A stretch of DNA of 64,000 nt, from contig OZ316897.1 in assembly GCA_973895155.1 (NCBI GenBank), positions 13,639,375-13,703,374 on the forward strand, read 5' to 3'. Source of the DNA: Marsupella aquatica (taxonomy: Eukaryota; Plantae; Marchantiophyta). This document shows positions 1 through 13,115 of the stretch, one piece after another. The translations under genes and the position numbers were made by a program. Below the pieces are notes generated by a model that did not search any database, was not told the origin of the DNA, and worked only from the letters and a program-made list of their open reading frames with translations. Within the stretch, counting starts at the first letter, position 1, and each line of letters begins with the position of its first letter.

Positions 1-675
1 GACCCCGACCGACCCAACCCTGCGCCTGCCCTTTACGCCCTGCTGCAGCCCACAGTTGCGAAGCGGCTGCACTCTTCAAGCGATGGCTGCCTCGACACCC
101 CGACTCGACCATACGTTTGGTCCGTCACGCGGATGCGCCTTTTTAAGATTATATTTTTCTGTTAAGGGGCTTAAACCCCCGTTTAGGCCTATTTTTTAAT
201 TTCTTTCCCGACTCTTCATTGGTTGTGCTTTCTCTCTAGCCCGGTGACCCACCAACTTAATCGTTTGGACAGGGGGAACAGCCCCATGTAAGACCTGCTG
301 CACAGTCAAAGAATATTCCAAAAATACAGAGAGAATGTTTTTGGTCGTTCGTAATGTTTTCGGCCATTCGTAAAAATGGTATGACAGATTTCCAGATAAA
401 ATTGACTGGGGTAAGACTAAAACAACCTTTCTAGATAAATATAAAGAGGATGGAGTTCAAGCAAGAGCCTTTGCAAGGATTTCTCAACTAACTATAAAGA
501 AATATGGTTTAGTGAGAAAATATGCAGACAAGTTACTTGACCGGGTGGATAAGCATAATCCTAACACGGCAAAATCTACCACACGAGATTTGTTTATCAA
601 TGGATTACCATCCTGTATTGCAAGGTATGTAAGAAGGGAAGGTGGTACTACTTTCAAGGAGGCACAAGAAGCCGC

Positions 676-2043
676 TGTCTAGGTGACCGTGTTTTCTAAT
701 AAGAGCATATTGGCTCTTATGAAGTCAACCTTTCATGCCCATAAGTTCTACACTAAAATCAAAATGATAACTCTTGTAAGAAGGGTGATGGGTATTAAAA
801 AAGGTTCAGGTGAAACTAATATACTATTAAATCCTATTTCACCATACTTGCGGATCAACACATCTCGAAAACTAAATTTTTCACAATGTACAATCCTAAT
901 ATCTCCAGGAGAAAATGAAATAAAAATGTCATCTGGACTCCTATTTAGATCCATGACTTCAATAAAAGACAAAGATAATGCACTCCCACTTTTTGGTAAG
1001 ACACTATTGGGTATACTATTGGCTCATTAGAACTCATAATAGCAGCTGCAAATTGAGCTCCAAAATGATAAGTTGAATGCTGCCTCATGGATGGCTTGTC
1101 TAAAAGATGGACTCTAACCAAAAATGGATTACGAAAGGGAATATTAGGGATATCTCTCCCTCGTGGATTCATAATGACTCTCTTATTCCTTTGTTATCCG
1201 GGCCAAAGGATGCCCCACCCCTAAGTTCTCAAAGAGACCTTGTTCCCTAAGATCCCATCTATAAGTCTACCACTCATTCCTTTGCTATCCGGGCCAAAGG
1301 ATGCCCCACTACTATGTACATAAGGCAAATAATAGAATAGAAAGATGAGAGAAGAAAAGAGGATCGCTTCGACGCGGAAATTATCAAAATGTGGGAATGA
1401 AGAGAGAGTGCCCCTCACCACTTTATTTATATTGAATCCAAGAGGGCATGGATTACGCCCAAACGTTTGGATGAAAGCCAAGTGGCACACATCCAACGTA
1501 GGAATATATGTTAGTACTATTGTAATCAAAAAAATAATGCATGCAAGTAAAACAACTAATGCATGCACTTAAAATAATTTGTGCATGCATGCACCTTGTG
1601 GCTTGCATATTTGTTCACCTTGCATGCGCATAAAACAACTAATTCATGCAAATAAAATAATTTACATGCATCTAAAATAATTTGTGCATGCACCTTGTGA
1701 CTTGCACATTTACTTATCTTACATGCACATAAAATAACTAATGCATGCAAATAAAACAATTTGCATGCACCTAAAACAATTTGTGCATGCACCTTGTGGC
1801 TTGCACATTTGCTCACCTTGCTTGCACATAAAATGACTATTGCATGCAAATAAAACAATTTGCACATGCATCCAAACAATTTGTGCATGCATCTTATGGT
1901 TTGTATAGTTGCTTACCTTGCATGCACATACATAATAGTCGAATTATTTAGTTACCCCGTAACAATATATAAAGCTAACCTATATACTTACTTATATACT
2001 TAGTGGTAATGATTTCATCATGAATAATTGAATTATCACGACA
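676..2043 (-). mobile_element. Solo-LTR-like insertion (1368 bp)
   Basis: TGTC...GACA termini; 4-bp TSD CCGC/TCGC (1 mismatch); minus-strand TATA-like ATATAAATAA ~1424-1433 followed by a pyrimidine-rich tract; tandem repeats in the putative U3. Confidence 0.75.
1540..1930. repeat. Degenerate ~90-100 bp tandem repeat, ~4 copies, rich in ATGCAT/TGCA
   Basis: Recurring aaaataatttgtgcatgcaccttgtggcttgcacattt...accttgcatgcacataaaa. Confidence 0.85.
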
Positions 2044-3559
2044 TCGCCCAAAAATATATAGACTATGAAGTTTCAGAGAAGAAATGAGTGAAGAAAGATC
2101 TAAAGAAAATAGAAGGAAGGATAAGAAAAAAAATTAAAAAGTCCTCCTCAAGCTCCAAAACTGATGAAAGTGACACCACCAGTATTGAAGAAACGAGTAG
2201 TGACTCGAGTTCTAGTAGCAGTACCAGTTCTGATTCAAGTTCTGAAGAGATTGATGCTACTAAGAATAAAAGAATGCAAAAAAGAACGGTGCCTCGGAAA
2301 GCTCAAAATCTACATAAAATGATGGATTCTTTAACTAGTAAATTAACTAAGTTTTCTGTTATTGTTGCTATACTTAAACCACCTTAGAAAAATTCTTCCA
2401 CTATTCAGAATAATGTTTGGTGTACCCAATGTAATAACCAAGGGCATTATCATCATGAGTGTCCGACTCTACAGCGTGCTGTAAACTTTGGAGAGGAAGC
2501 ATAAATGTTGGATTTATGGGGATATATATGCAATTCAAGCACCATTTGCGGGATAATATTTTCCACCCCTACAGCTCTTACCACTTGGGCTCAACCAAAA
2601 GCACTCGGATTTTCTTCTTTTAATCGGCCAACCCTAGGAAGATACCCGCCAAGAAGGGTACCAAGAGAACAAGGTACTTGTTACAATTGTGGTCAGTTAT
2701 GACACTATTCACCAGATTGTCAGTATCCAAAGAGAGAAGTGGGATATACCCCAATTTTTGGAAACTGTGGAAAAGAAGGTCACCTCCCTATGGAATGTCC
2801 AAACTCACCTAAGCCTAAAATGATGATGAGATTTGCTAAAGAACCTATGAAGGAAGCTCCCCGATCAGAGGAAGTCAGGATGATATATAGCCAAGATGAT
2901 ATTGACCAGTGTGGACGTGTAACTATTGAAACGAGTGTCAATGAAGAAACAGAAGTACATAATATCTATACCCAACCATTGTCAGGAATCATTATAGATA
3001 GTGACTTAGAAAACCTGGTGCAAAAAAATATCATTGGATTGTCTAATAAACGAGTTCAGGCTAGAAACCAAATTCTGGAAACTTATGCTACCACAAGATC
3101 CAAGTCTCATCAAGTGAAGAAACATAATGACGAGGACCCCAAGAGTAAAAAATCATCCAAGAAGAAAGGCAAGTCAAGAATTCCAGCAAAAGAAGGTATC
3201 TCTAAGGAAGATGACCTAGCTTACGACAAGTATGATCCAAAATATTTTTAACCAGACATATCAGAAGAAATTAAGACTCAATTACATGAGTTCACTGAAG
3301 AAATATCTGTTATAGTGGAAAGGAAGCTAATCCTAAAGGAAAAAAAATCTGAAGAAATAGTTAATGCACCAATAACGCCTAAGCTAGAAAGATACAATAT
3401 TATAGAAGTAGTGAAGAATCAACTGGCAAATATTACAGTTGGGGAATTATTGCAAGACAACCCTATCTATAAAAAACAATTAAAAACCTTGCTTATCGAC
3501 AAAAGGAGGAAAAGAAAGTTATCTTCAATCGAGGCTATGAGATTAAATTGGATGATAAG

Positions 3560-3727
3560 GGACCGCCAGATATATAAATTCAAATCCTGGATTGTGTATT
3601 ATCAGACGTACCAATTGACGGTGGATCAAGTGTGAATATTATGATAGAAGATACCGTTTTCAATCTTGGACTGTCTACATTTGAGAAGACTTTACAAATC
3701 CTAAGAATGACTGATCAGTCAAGGGTT
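3560..3727 (+). pseudogene. Retropepsin aspartic protease fragment
   Basis: VPIDGGSSVNIM...LRMTDQSRV. Confidence 0.75.
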
Positions 3728-5757
3728 GATAATAAACTAGCCAACACCATAGTGGCTTCCCATAGCGGAGAAGTAAAAGTGAATTGGGCACTTGTGTTAT
3801 TTAATGTCATCAAAGAGCAGCTTAAGGGGTTAGAAGCAGGATATCCTACACATCTTCAAGTTTTCTTGTCTCAACTCTATTACACCTTCGATTGCCTACT
3901 CCCTGAAGAGAACACCGAGAGAAGTTTACTTGTAGAAGAGCTTGGCTTTGATGAGGAAAACCCAAGAGAGGAAGGCAGGCAAAATTCTACTTCTTCTCCT
4001 TTCAGCTCCGCTTTAACAATTAGTCTCCTCCATCCAGTGATCATTCCACATTCTACAAAATTAGTTGTTGAAGTTCCGGAACAATTTGAAGACAGTCCTA
4101 TGGATTTGGAAGACCAAGCTGCAGACTTACCAATGAAAAATTCTTCTGAGGTTGATCGAGACCTCGAGTTAACTCTTGCTCAGGACAACTATGAGATCGA
4201 TTCAATACCTATCAATAATGAAATGATTCCATAGGGAAAGTCTACATCAAAATCTACAACCCAAGTTGAGTTGAATCAGAAAATCTTTGATGAACTTTCC
4301 TACTTACTTACTTGTGACTCTGATGGGCTTTTAGATGTTGTTTATCAACTACGTAAGGTAACAGTGAATCAATTGTCACCAATTTTCCATTCTTTTAGTC
4401 CCCCTAGATCACCTCTCCCAGAACCAACTCTTAATTCCATGGAACTTTTTGCAATAACCCCTATGACCCAAATAGTTGATCTAATTTCATCTACTGAAAA
4501 ACCAGATCTAGAGAGTTTTGTTTATCCTATCTATAACTCCGAGGAACATCATTCTTGTGTGACCATTATTCATCAACTCACCACTATGTTGGCATGCCAC
4601 ATAGTAGAGATAGTCTCCATAGTTGATGAATTAGTAAACCGACCTCCACATCCTAATAATTCTTTCTCTCCTGATGAAGTTCCTTATAGTCCTGATTCAA
4701 ATTATGAATCTATTGATAGTCCACTTCACCAACCTTTACACCCTACACCATTCTTTTCTCAGCAAAGGTCCCCTTTTCCTGAAGATTCTGATCCTCCCTC
4801 AACTCCAAAATACTATCATTCCTATGATATTCCAGTCTGTGACTCACCAGAACAAGGATTCGAAAAGGTTGATGCAGCTTTGCGATCCAATCCCAACCTT
4901 GTTGCAGTTATCACTTCCTCTACCCAGACTCCTAAAAATGCTATCATCTATAAGATGGAGTCTAGAACACCTAAACAACAGGTTCAGAAGTACGTCACCA
5001 TTTGCAAAATCATTCATGCCAACACATCACCTGTAAGTGAGTTCTGGAGGTTTTATTACCTAAAGAAAGCAGAGGCTAGCTATATTTTTGACCTCAGGAC
5101 AATTGGCACCTCTCGCTTGGAGTTGGCCCAATTCAATGAACATTGGACAGATTCCGTCTACTTTTGACCTATACTGGCCGTTATGTTTCTACAAGGAGAT
5201 GTCAAAGTTGATGATCCAGATTTAATCTTGGCTTACTTGGGAAATATAGCCGCTTATGCTTTAGATTTTGTTTTGATGTTTCTTAAACAAAGCAACAAGT
5301 CCACTACCCTTGACCGTTCCTATATACCCATTGGACCCAAGATTGCTCTTACTTCGACTAGTTCCTATGCAGACAAGCAACAAATATGGAATAATATCAC
5401 CTCTCAACAGCTGACAAAATTCACTCGCTACTTCAGGGATGTACAGTGGAGATTATGACCATTCTACAACAAGATGCTGAGTACAAAGATGTTTCTACAA
5501 TTCTATCCCTCTGTTTACGCCAGCTCCTGTAACTGTTTAGATGCAATTAGCATTTTGAGAGAAGCAATCAGAATTGATCAGTGCTTCCTGGTGAGGAGGA
5601 TGCCTCTTCTATATTGGGAAAGACAGATGCGTTGTCTACCTTACACCCGGGATCAACCTCACTACGATGAAGTAAGGGAAGCCATTTGGACTCGCACTAT
5701 TTGGACAGTGGAATTTATGAAGCCAAAGGATATTCGACAACTATTACACGGGCAACG
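3728..5757 (+). pseudogene. Accessory ORF of gypsy element (N-terminally truncated, several stops), unknown function
   Basis: Homologous to 20938-23420: VNWALVLF/VNWGMLLR, PTHLQVFLSQLY/PTYLQVYLSQLY, LLTCDSD/MLTCDPD, EFWRFY/EFWKYY. Confidence 0.75.
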
Positions 5758-8700
5758 TGTCACTAGACATGACACAAGTAACAGATTAGGGTGTATACGG
5801 TCATTAGGACCGTAGCCGCATAATAGAATAGTGCGTAGAGCTGTCTTTGCAATTATGAATAGACTAGGAATAGGTTAATAGCTGACTTAATAATTAGGAG
5901 TTACGGGGTGCATTATGAAGATCATCCGTAGTACGGTGGCGGCGGCGGAGTAACAAACCATTAGGGAGGATCACGCTTGGACTGAGACATCCAACCTTGA
6001 GCAATTAACGATGGCTAACGGCCTTGGCACTCTCACACTCGAGCTCGCCCAGGAGCCCCCATAAGAACCCAATCGATAGCGCGACAGCCCATTTGCCCCT
6101 TTGAGCTTTCAAAGATTTATGGATATCGCTGGTTGCTCTCACATTTTGACTTGATCGAGCTCACTTTTATCAAGGAATATTGAGGGTTGTGTGTATCGTG
6201 ACAAAAATTAGTCGGGGCAGGGAAAGTCTTCACAAGTGATCAGGGACCGACGACTCCAAGAGTAAGAAAGCCAGGAAAGTGGACTCGACGAGCAGACTGT
6301 GAAGGTTAGTATGACCCTTACAGCTCTTGGATTTTGGACCTTGTTTGGCGAGGTAGGCGCTAAGCTCTCCCAGACTTATTGGTATTCTTGCCCCGAGAAA
6401 GTCTCCTACGAATGAAGATACGCAAAATTGGTGGCCAAGATAGAACAGATTAACTGCGAGAAGGCAGCGCTTACCAGGGATTCCAATACAACAAGCTACG
6501 AGACTACATTACCGAGCTATACATCAGTGAGGAGGGATTCAGATCGGTAGCAAAAGCAATTCTTGAGGTCCCTACGAAGTACTTTAGGCTGAAGGGCGGC
6601 CAGAAGCTGACTCAAGCGGAGTTCGACAAAATTCTGGATTACATCAAGCAGCAGATTGCGATCGAGAGGCGCAAGGAGGACATCAGCAGACAAGGGAAAG
6701 CGGGGCGTAATCTCATGTTTCTTGGTGAGAGCTCCAATACCTTCAATTGGGATATGGCTGCCCAGTCGGCACTCCTGCCACTCGTCTTATTACTCCGGCT
6801 ACCGTCATACCCCCGAACCAGGCCCAAGTCCATTCAATGAACAACATCGAGTGTTCATCAGGTTCCGAGGGACGTGTTAGTCTGCAACTAGAGCAACGCT
6901 CTCTTAAGCGAGCTAGGAATACCCCTGGCCTAGATCCGACTACGCGGACTAACACCGCCCCCTTACTCGCTCCTGTTCTGGTCAACTAGCCGTCCAACAA
7001 CCAGTCCCAATCAGCCCTCAACCACCGACAGCCAAACCTGCTGCAGGTAATCCGCGTCCCCAAGGTAGTCTGGTCCGCAATCAAGAAACCGGACCATGCA
7101 GACTACCTTAAGGAGCATCAGTTGGAGAAGTTTGCTCATTTACTATGGAGGCCTAACGCCTCCGGGGCAAGGGAGGTCTACGAGTTCATCGCCAATTTTG
7201 ATATTGACGCGCCTGTCACCAAGGTATCAGGGCAAACCTTATCACTTATGGAGTATCCATTGGCGCAAATCTTTTGTCTGCCAACCGGGCCCGTGTCAAT
7301 TGAACTTTGGATCCGCGATAAGGAATATACACCTCGGCATTTCAAACCTGAGGGCAAGACGGACAACGGGTATAAACAAGGGCCATGTACCAACTTAGTC
7401 TGTATGGAGCGGCTAAACTTCATACGAACTACCCTCCACATGATCGAACCACGTTCCGAGATCTCCCTCTGTATGATTGTACAGGTGAAACAGTACAAGC
7501 GGCGGAATTGGGCCCAATTCTTCAGCCACCGGTTTTGGGAGAGCTTAAGCGGGCTAAAACTAGAATGCCTATCAGGGGAAGGACCTATCTAGGGAGTTAC
7601 ATCGCTATTATCCTAGCTTGGTACAAGGCACGGCGGGAGGCCAGAGGGAAGAATATGGCCACCTCAGCCCCAACTAGCGTTGCCCCCACTCTCGAAGATG
7701 CTGCACCGAGCAACCCGACTACCACATCTAGGGTAGACCTTGAACCTACAGCACCACAGACTACACCTCCGCCACCCCTCATCGCCGAGCCTCCGCTACG
7801 CCTGACGCAACCACCTCCAATTCCACCACCGCCTGAAGAACCCGTCCCCTCCCCATTGCGGACTACGAAGGAAGTTGTTTCCCCGACCAAGGATGCACCA
7901 TTGCCCGAAAGAATAAAGGACTACCAGGTAGTCCCTGGAACCATAGCCCACGACTTGGTCCAAAAATTTAGCCAGAACCTGTTGGGGGAACTAGCGACGT
8001 ACATCGGGCAACAGGTCTCGTAATACTTCCAACCGACCTTCTTCATGTTAGAGCACCAACCCTGGATCATAAACCGCTTGGAGGAAGACCTCATGGAAAA
8101 GGGGAACGAGATCGAACGCCTCCAAATGGCAGTGGAGCAGCTCAAGGAGGCAGCCATCGCCCGTCGTGATGAGTTAGTCCGCACCACCAAACAGCGGGAA
8201 GGACTAAACCAAGAGTTGCTCATGACTCAGGCTGACCTCAAGAAACTGGAGGACATTGTGCTTCAGCTATGTTTGGAGTCCGCAACTTGGGTTAAAAGCC
8301 TAGCCGACCTCAAGAACCAATTCCTGTAGGCGGCCCAATAGGTGATTGATGTCTCCGCCGAGCTAGATAAATTGTTGGTGCAGAACCAGACCCACCGTAA
8401 TGCCATCGGCCAGCTCAATCAGGAGGTGGCATGGCTCCAGGGCGAGGCCAATGAAATCGCAAACGAGGCGAAGGAGGCGATACAAGATAACAAGGCCTTG
8501 CAAAACCGCATTATGCTGCTCGTAAGCCAACAAGATGGGGCGGGAACCACCTCTGATCAAGGTGGCTCAAGGCCTCGTTCTGACAAAGGGACAAACCCTG
8601 GACCGACAGCGTAACACGCGCAAGGGGTGGTTAGCGGAGGGAGCGATCAGGCAACGCCCGATGCAGTGGGGCTCAGTGGTATCTTTTTGGGACTAGACTT

Positions 8701-9621
8701 AAGGACAAAATAGCTATCATTAGGTGTCGATTAGCGGCGCGGTAGGTAGGATTAGGACAGGGTTAGTTAGGATCATCCAACGTAGGATAGAGTCCATCAA
8801 CGGACTAGAACTGCTGATAGTAGACTTAGCCGCTAGCACCACGGTCAGCAACCCTTGCCACTGACAGTCAACCAGTCAATAAGGATGCGGTCAACGAGGT
8901 TAGAAGGTAGTTAGTCAGTTAGGCATTGCTCGCAGGAGGTAGTATCTCCTGGCTCCTTTTTGCAAGTAGTATTTAGGTTCCCCCTTCCATTGTGGGAGGG
9001 GGAGAGACTTCTTTTATCTTAGTATGAGGACCTGTGAGGCACAGGGAGTCCCGGCCTAAGTAAGGACCAGAGAGCACTAAGGAATGAGAGCCAGAGTCAA
9101 GCTTGTTGGGCAAGTGTGAGGTAGGGCCTCGTAGAGACTGGGCATCGACTACCGTTAGGCCTACGGATCACTTATAAGTCGAGTCAACTATGTAAACTGG
9201 TTCTTCTATCTGAGTAAACCTGGTCTTTCCCCTATGATCTCTTGCAAGTAAGTGGTGTTGCATGCATGCCTTGTCTGGACAAAGGCGTCATTTTAAGGGA
9301 CGTACGGGGTGTGGACTAATGGTTGGGATTGTCAAGAAAGTGTATGTTGCAAGGTTTAGTCGCGGCAATGGCTTGAAAGTCCCCAAGCCGGGAGTTAGTC
9401 TGAGTCACTAACTATGGGAGCCTTCCAGCGATGGAAACCAAACATACCTATGATGTCAGTAATGGTTGAGTAAATATTATACCGATATATATATCTACTT
9501 AGTCTGCCCTGGACTAGTTAAGGCCACTACACACCTCCTTGCCCAAAACCTCACCCCTACTAGTAGCGTGCGCGCGCCAATGAGCTAACTCGGATTTAAG
9601 ACCCGAGTTATTGGCGCGACA
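5758..9621 (+). mobile_element. ~3.9 kb TGTCAC...GCGACA-bounded insert (solo-LTR-like) carrying a degenerate accessory ORF
   Basis: Interrupts the host element near the end of its accessory ORF and host homology resumes ~9627; short terminal inverted repeat; no gag/pol; TSD not clean. Confidence 0.65.
6312..8614 (+). pseudogene. Accessory ORF (putative Transposase_32/Athila env-like domain + Pro-rich linker + coiled coil), frameshifted
   Basis: LEKFAHLLW..EVYEFIAN..VSG; NGYKQGPC; RNWAQFF; TYLGSYIAIILAWY; heptad-rich 8045-8614. Confidence 0.6.
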
Positions 9622-11504
9622 ACAACAGAGGAATCGAAGCGGACCTGTATTTTTGCTAAGTGTTAAAAGCAATTTTAGTTTAGTGTACCCCGCCCAATTT
9701 TATTAGACATGTTTTAAAACTCCCAAACTCATGAGTCTTTTTAAGTAGATAGCTTGTACATAAAAAAACGCGCTGAAAAAATTTCAACCTTTTCCGGTTT
9801 TTAGCTAGAAAGTTAAAAATAGTTTAGTTTGCTAAGTTTTTAACGTACCATGGATTACGCATTTACGCTTATCTGCATTTACGTTTATCTCCAATTATGC
9901 TTGTCTTTACTTAGCTAATTTGGACCTTTTCACATTTAGTTTTCATTTTTAAGTTTTCCAGAGGTATAAAGAGATGTGACTCTTCAACCTCCGAGACTTT
10001 TCCCTCATTGATGTTCACTATATATACCCACTATCATTAGTGAGAATGAGGGTAAGCTTGGCATAACTTGCCTCTCCTTGAGGTTAACCCTGTGATTTTG
10101 AATGTACGACTTCAAAATGGATTAACTCTAAGAGAGACTTATCTCTTTCTTGTGGTTTTTTGGAAATAAATCATGGAAGTAAAACTTCAAAGTGCAATTC
10201 TCGAGAGTTGTAATGTCAGACTCCGTGTTGGTGACACATTATAATCTCTCAAGTTCTTAGAGTTAACTCATTGAGTTTAGTCAGAATGGAATTGATGTCT
10301 TCACTTTCATGTTGCTTAGTACTATCTAAATGCTGAAGTAGTTAACCTTTTAGATCTCTTTAAGTATCACTTAGGAAGAAAAGTCAAGATGTGTTGACGG
10401 TACTTTAAAAGAGTACTCTAGTAAGCAATTTTAGATCCAAAAAATATTATGGATTTGGATTTCCTTAAAGTCTTTTCATTTAGACTTATGAATAAGGAGT
10501 AACCTTGGTAAATTCCAGACTCCCTTATCATACTTTAAGATATTTTTCTTGTGTTTTATTAATTGTTTCATTTTGTTATTTGATCGTTAACCAATGCTGA
10601 GTTACCATTGAAAATTGCTCACCGTTGTGGAGCGATTTTCAAAATACTTGAGTAAAGTAATCAATTTTGATTACTATGTGTTATAAAGTATCTTTAAACT
10701 CTCATTTGTGTTTTATTTAGCAAATCAACCCCATTTTGTTCTTAAAGGGAACGAATACTGAGTTAATAGAGATAAAATTTTGTTTTTAGTCTTTTATCAA
10801 CTACTACACTCAATAGCGGATGATTGAAGAAAATAGGTCTTTTTCACAATCATACACTTCACAAAATAGAGGAAAGGACAAGGCTAGGTCTAAGTCTAGA
10901 TCTAGGTCTAGAGAGACAAGATGAGGTTTCGGCAGGTTACTAGAGTTCTTATTGATTTCGTCGTGATGACCCTTCGTCTCATGCCCGCATGCCCCTACCA
11001 CCTACTTGCATTTCTATGAATATTCACTGGAGTGTGCTCGTTTCTGCCATTGTAATGACAGGAGGTTTAGTACTGACAGGCCTTGTGCTTGGAAATGCAA
11101 TGATGAACGCACCAAAATTTTTATTCAAAGAGTTTATGTCGGGCGTCGAGATAGGTGATCACGTGAGAAAAAAAACATCTTAAATTCTTTTTTAAAATTT
11201 TAAATTCTTTTTTGCATCGTAACTTGGCGGCCTCTTTGAGATGAGGTGGCAGCTGATATCAGGTAGACTGATGAAAGTGACTGATAACTGATGAGATTAC
11301 TTACCTCTTAAAAAAGGAACGAGAATGGAAGGAGAGAGAGCAAGTCAAGCAAGCAATGCAGGCATCTTCAAGTGTTGTTTGTCCCTGGCACCGCCCGTAA
11401 GTTATGATTGGAGCACGGCCTCAAAGATCTTCCTGCTTTAAGAATGAGCCGATTGGTCTGCTATGCCGAGAAGAAGAGCATGAGCAGCTTGCCCCAGTTG
11501 GCTG

Positions 11505-13110
11505 CCGCACCATATCAGTAAAGGGTAAAGGGAAATGATCCTTCAACGTAGCTTCATTTAACTTCCTGTAATCTTGACAAACCCGGATCTTGGGTTTACC
11601 ATCGGGTCCAACTTTCTTGGGAACTATCACAATTGGAGACACCCAGTCTGAATGTAAGACTGGAGTGATGAATCCAACTTCCACTAGCTTGTCAATTTCA
11701 GCTTTGACCATCAGGGAATACTTAGGGTTCATCCTTCAAATTGGTTGTCTAAATGATTTGGCCCCTAACATTAGATCAATTCGGTGTTCTCCTAATTTTG
11801 GGTCTACTCCCTTCAGGTCTTGGTGGCTCCATGCAAACACATCCTGAAATTGAATCAGTAATTCACTAATCTCCTTCTCAAGCTCAAGTGCTAGGTCCCT
11901 TCCCAAGTTCAGTTCCCTCCCTTCTCCTAAGTCAAGCTTCCGATATTGTCGTGCTTGGATCACATTAATCTGCTTCTTCAAATTCGGGTCCAGCTCGGCT
12001 TCCAGCCTCTCAAGTCTCATTCCTCCATAGACTGGAATCTTGGCTATACTAGCCGAGTCGGTTGACTTGATTTCTCCCTCGTTATCCGTAGACTGTTCCC
12101 TTGCCGTTCTGTTTTGAATTGGTTGTCGACTTCCCTTCATGACTTGGCTTTGGATTGGTTCTGTGCATCTCATCCATTCCTGCTTCCTGAGGGTCAGGCC
12201 GTTGTGCTCTTTCGGCTTCTAGTAGGGCCTCAATTTGTTTTGCCCTCGTGATCGGCTTGTAAGCCGAACCATTGGTGTTTAATTGGTTGCCAATGATAGA
12301 CGGCGTTGTGGATCCTACCGGCTCTGCCACAACGCCTGAGGAAAATCCACTGTCTCTAGTGCAGCTCCCCACTTAGCCATTTTATCCAACTTGACTACCT
12401 CTTGTGCTTCCTCCGGAATTGAAGCTAAAAATGTGGACTCTATGGCAAAGTAGTCCTCGGTCTCTTCTTCATATTCTTCCAAATCACTCTCCATAGGTTC
12501 TTGCCATAGTCCGCTGGGGGGTACCTCTGGTCCAAAGACACTTTCTTTGGTCAGGTCAGTGAGGCATTCTAGCCAACGTACCTCATCGGCTGACTCCAAT
12601 CCACTGTCGTACCCGTCTACCTCCCTGATGCTTCTCCTACGGTCATCCTTGGTGTCCCAGGATACCGTGATAGAGGGGGTCCCAAAAGTGAACTCCTTCT
12701 TACCCCAATCCTCTATTACCTTGGCTAGGTACAGCCATGGCCTACCAATCAATAGTCAGAACGACGTAGGGTTTACCGACTTCATTACTACATAGTTAAT
12801 GCTAAACAAGACACCTCCTATCTCAGTCTTGATGCCGGTTAACACTCCCGTGGGAATGACCTAATACCCATTGGCCATGTTCAACACTCTTCTAGTCATC
12901 TCTGGCATTAGACCCCACCCTATTGCTGTTGAATCAATCATAATACATACCCCTGATCCTGCATCGATGGGTACCAGCAGTAATATTTCTCCTTGAATCA
13001 TTAATGGTAATGCTAGGGCTCCTTGATCTTCTTCTATCATCAGCATGTCAGATCTGGTCGCTACCTTGGGTAATCTTGGCTTGCCGAGAATTGCCTTCCT
13101 TAACTATTTC
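11505..13110 (-). pseudogene. Ty3/gypsy pol fragment: protease + RT N-terminus
   Basis: PIDAGSGVCIM; LIGRPWL; DVFAWS; HRIDL; WVSPIVIVPKK...RVCQDYRKLNEATLKDHFPLPFTD. Confidence 0.9.
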
Positions 13111-13115
13111 CGGAA

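Larger units (their letters stand above)
375..3560 (+). pseudogene. Ty3/gypsy gag (retrotransposon gag domain + zinc knuckles), interrupted by insertion 676-2043
   Basis: Removing the insert and one TSD copy restores the frame EAQEAAQKYIDYE; several premature stops downstream. Confidence 0.8.
375..10808 (+). mobile_element. Degenerate Ty3/gypsy LTR retrotransposon: gag + protease, pol deleted, accessory ORF and long 3' LTR-like tail; carries two nested inserts
   Basis: gag core (KWYDRFPDKIDW...DLFINGLPS) 375-675; CCHC knuckles (CTQCNNQGHYHHEC ~2421, CYNCGQL*HYSPDC ~2679); protease IDGGSSVNIM ~3614; accessory ORF ~3728-5757; tail 9627-10808 homologous to ~23440-24880, ending ...ACTACA. Confidence 0.8.

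Noticed and set aside
1556-1888. Cys/His-rich repetitive ORF
   Set aside because: Artefact of the ATGCAT-rich tandem repeat.
11254-11513. Small LTR or PBS (TGGTGCGGCAGC on minus strand) next to the RT fragment
   Set aside because: No partner LTR or TSD; the motif overlaps RT codons (TDMV).
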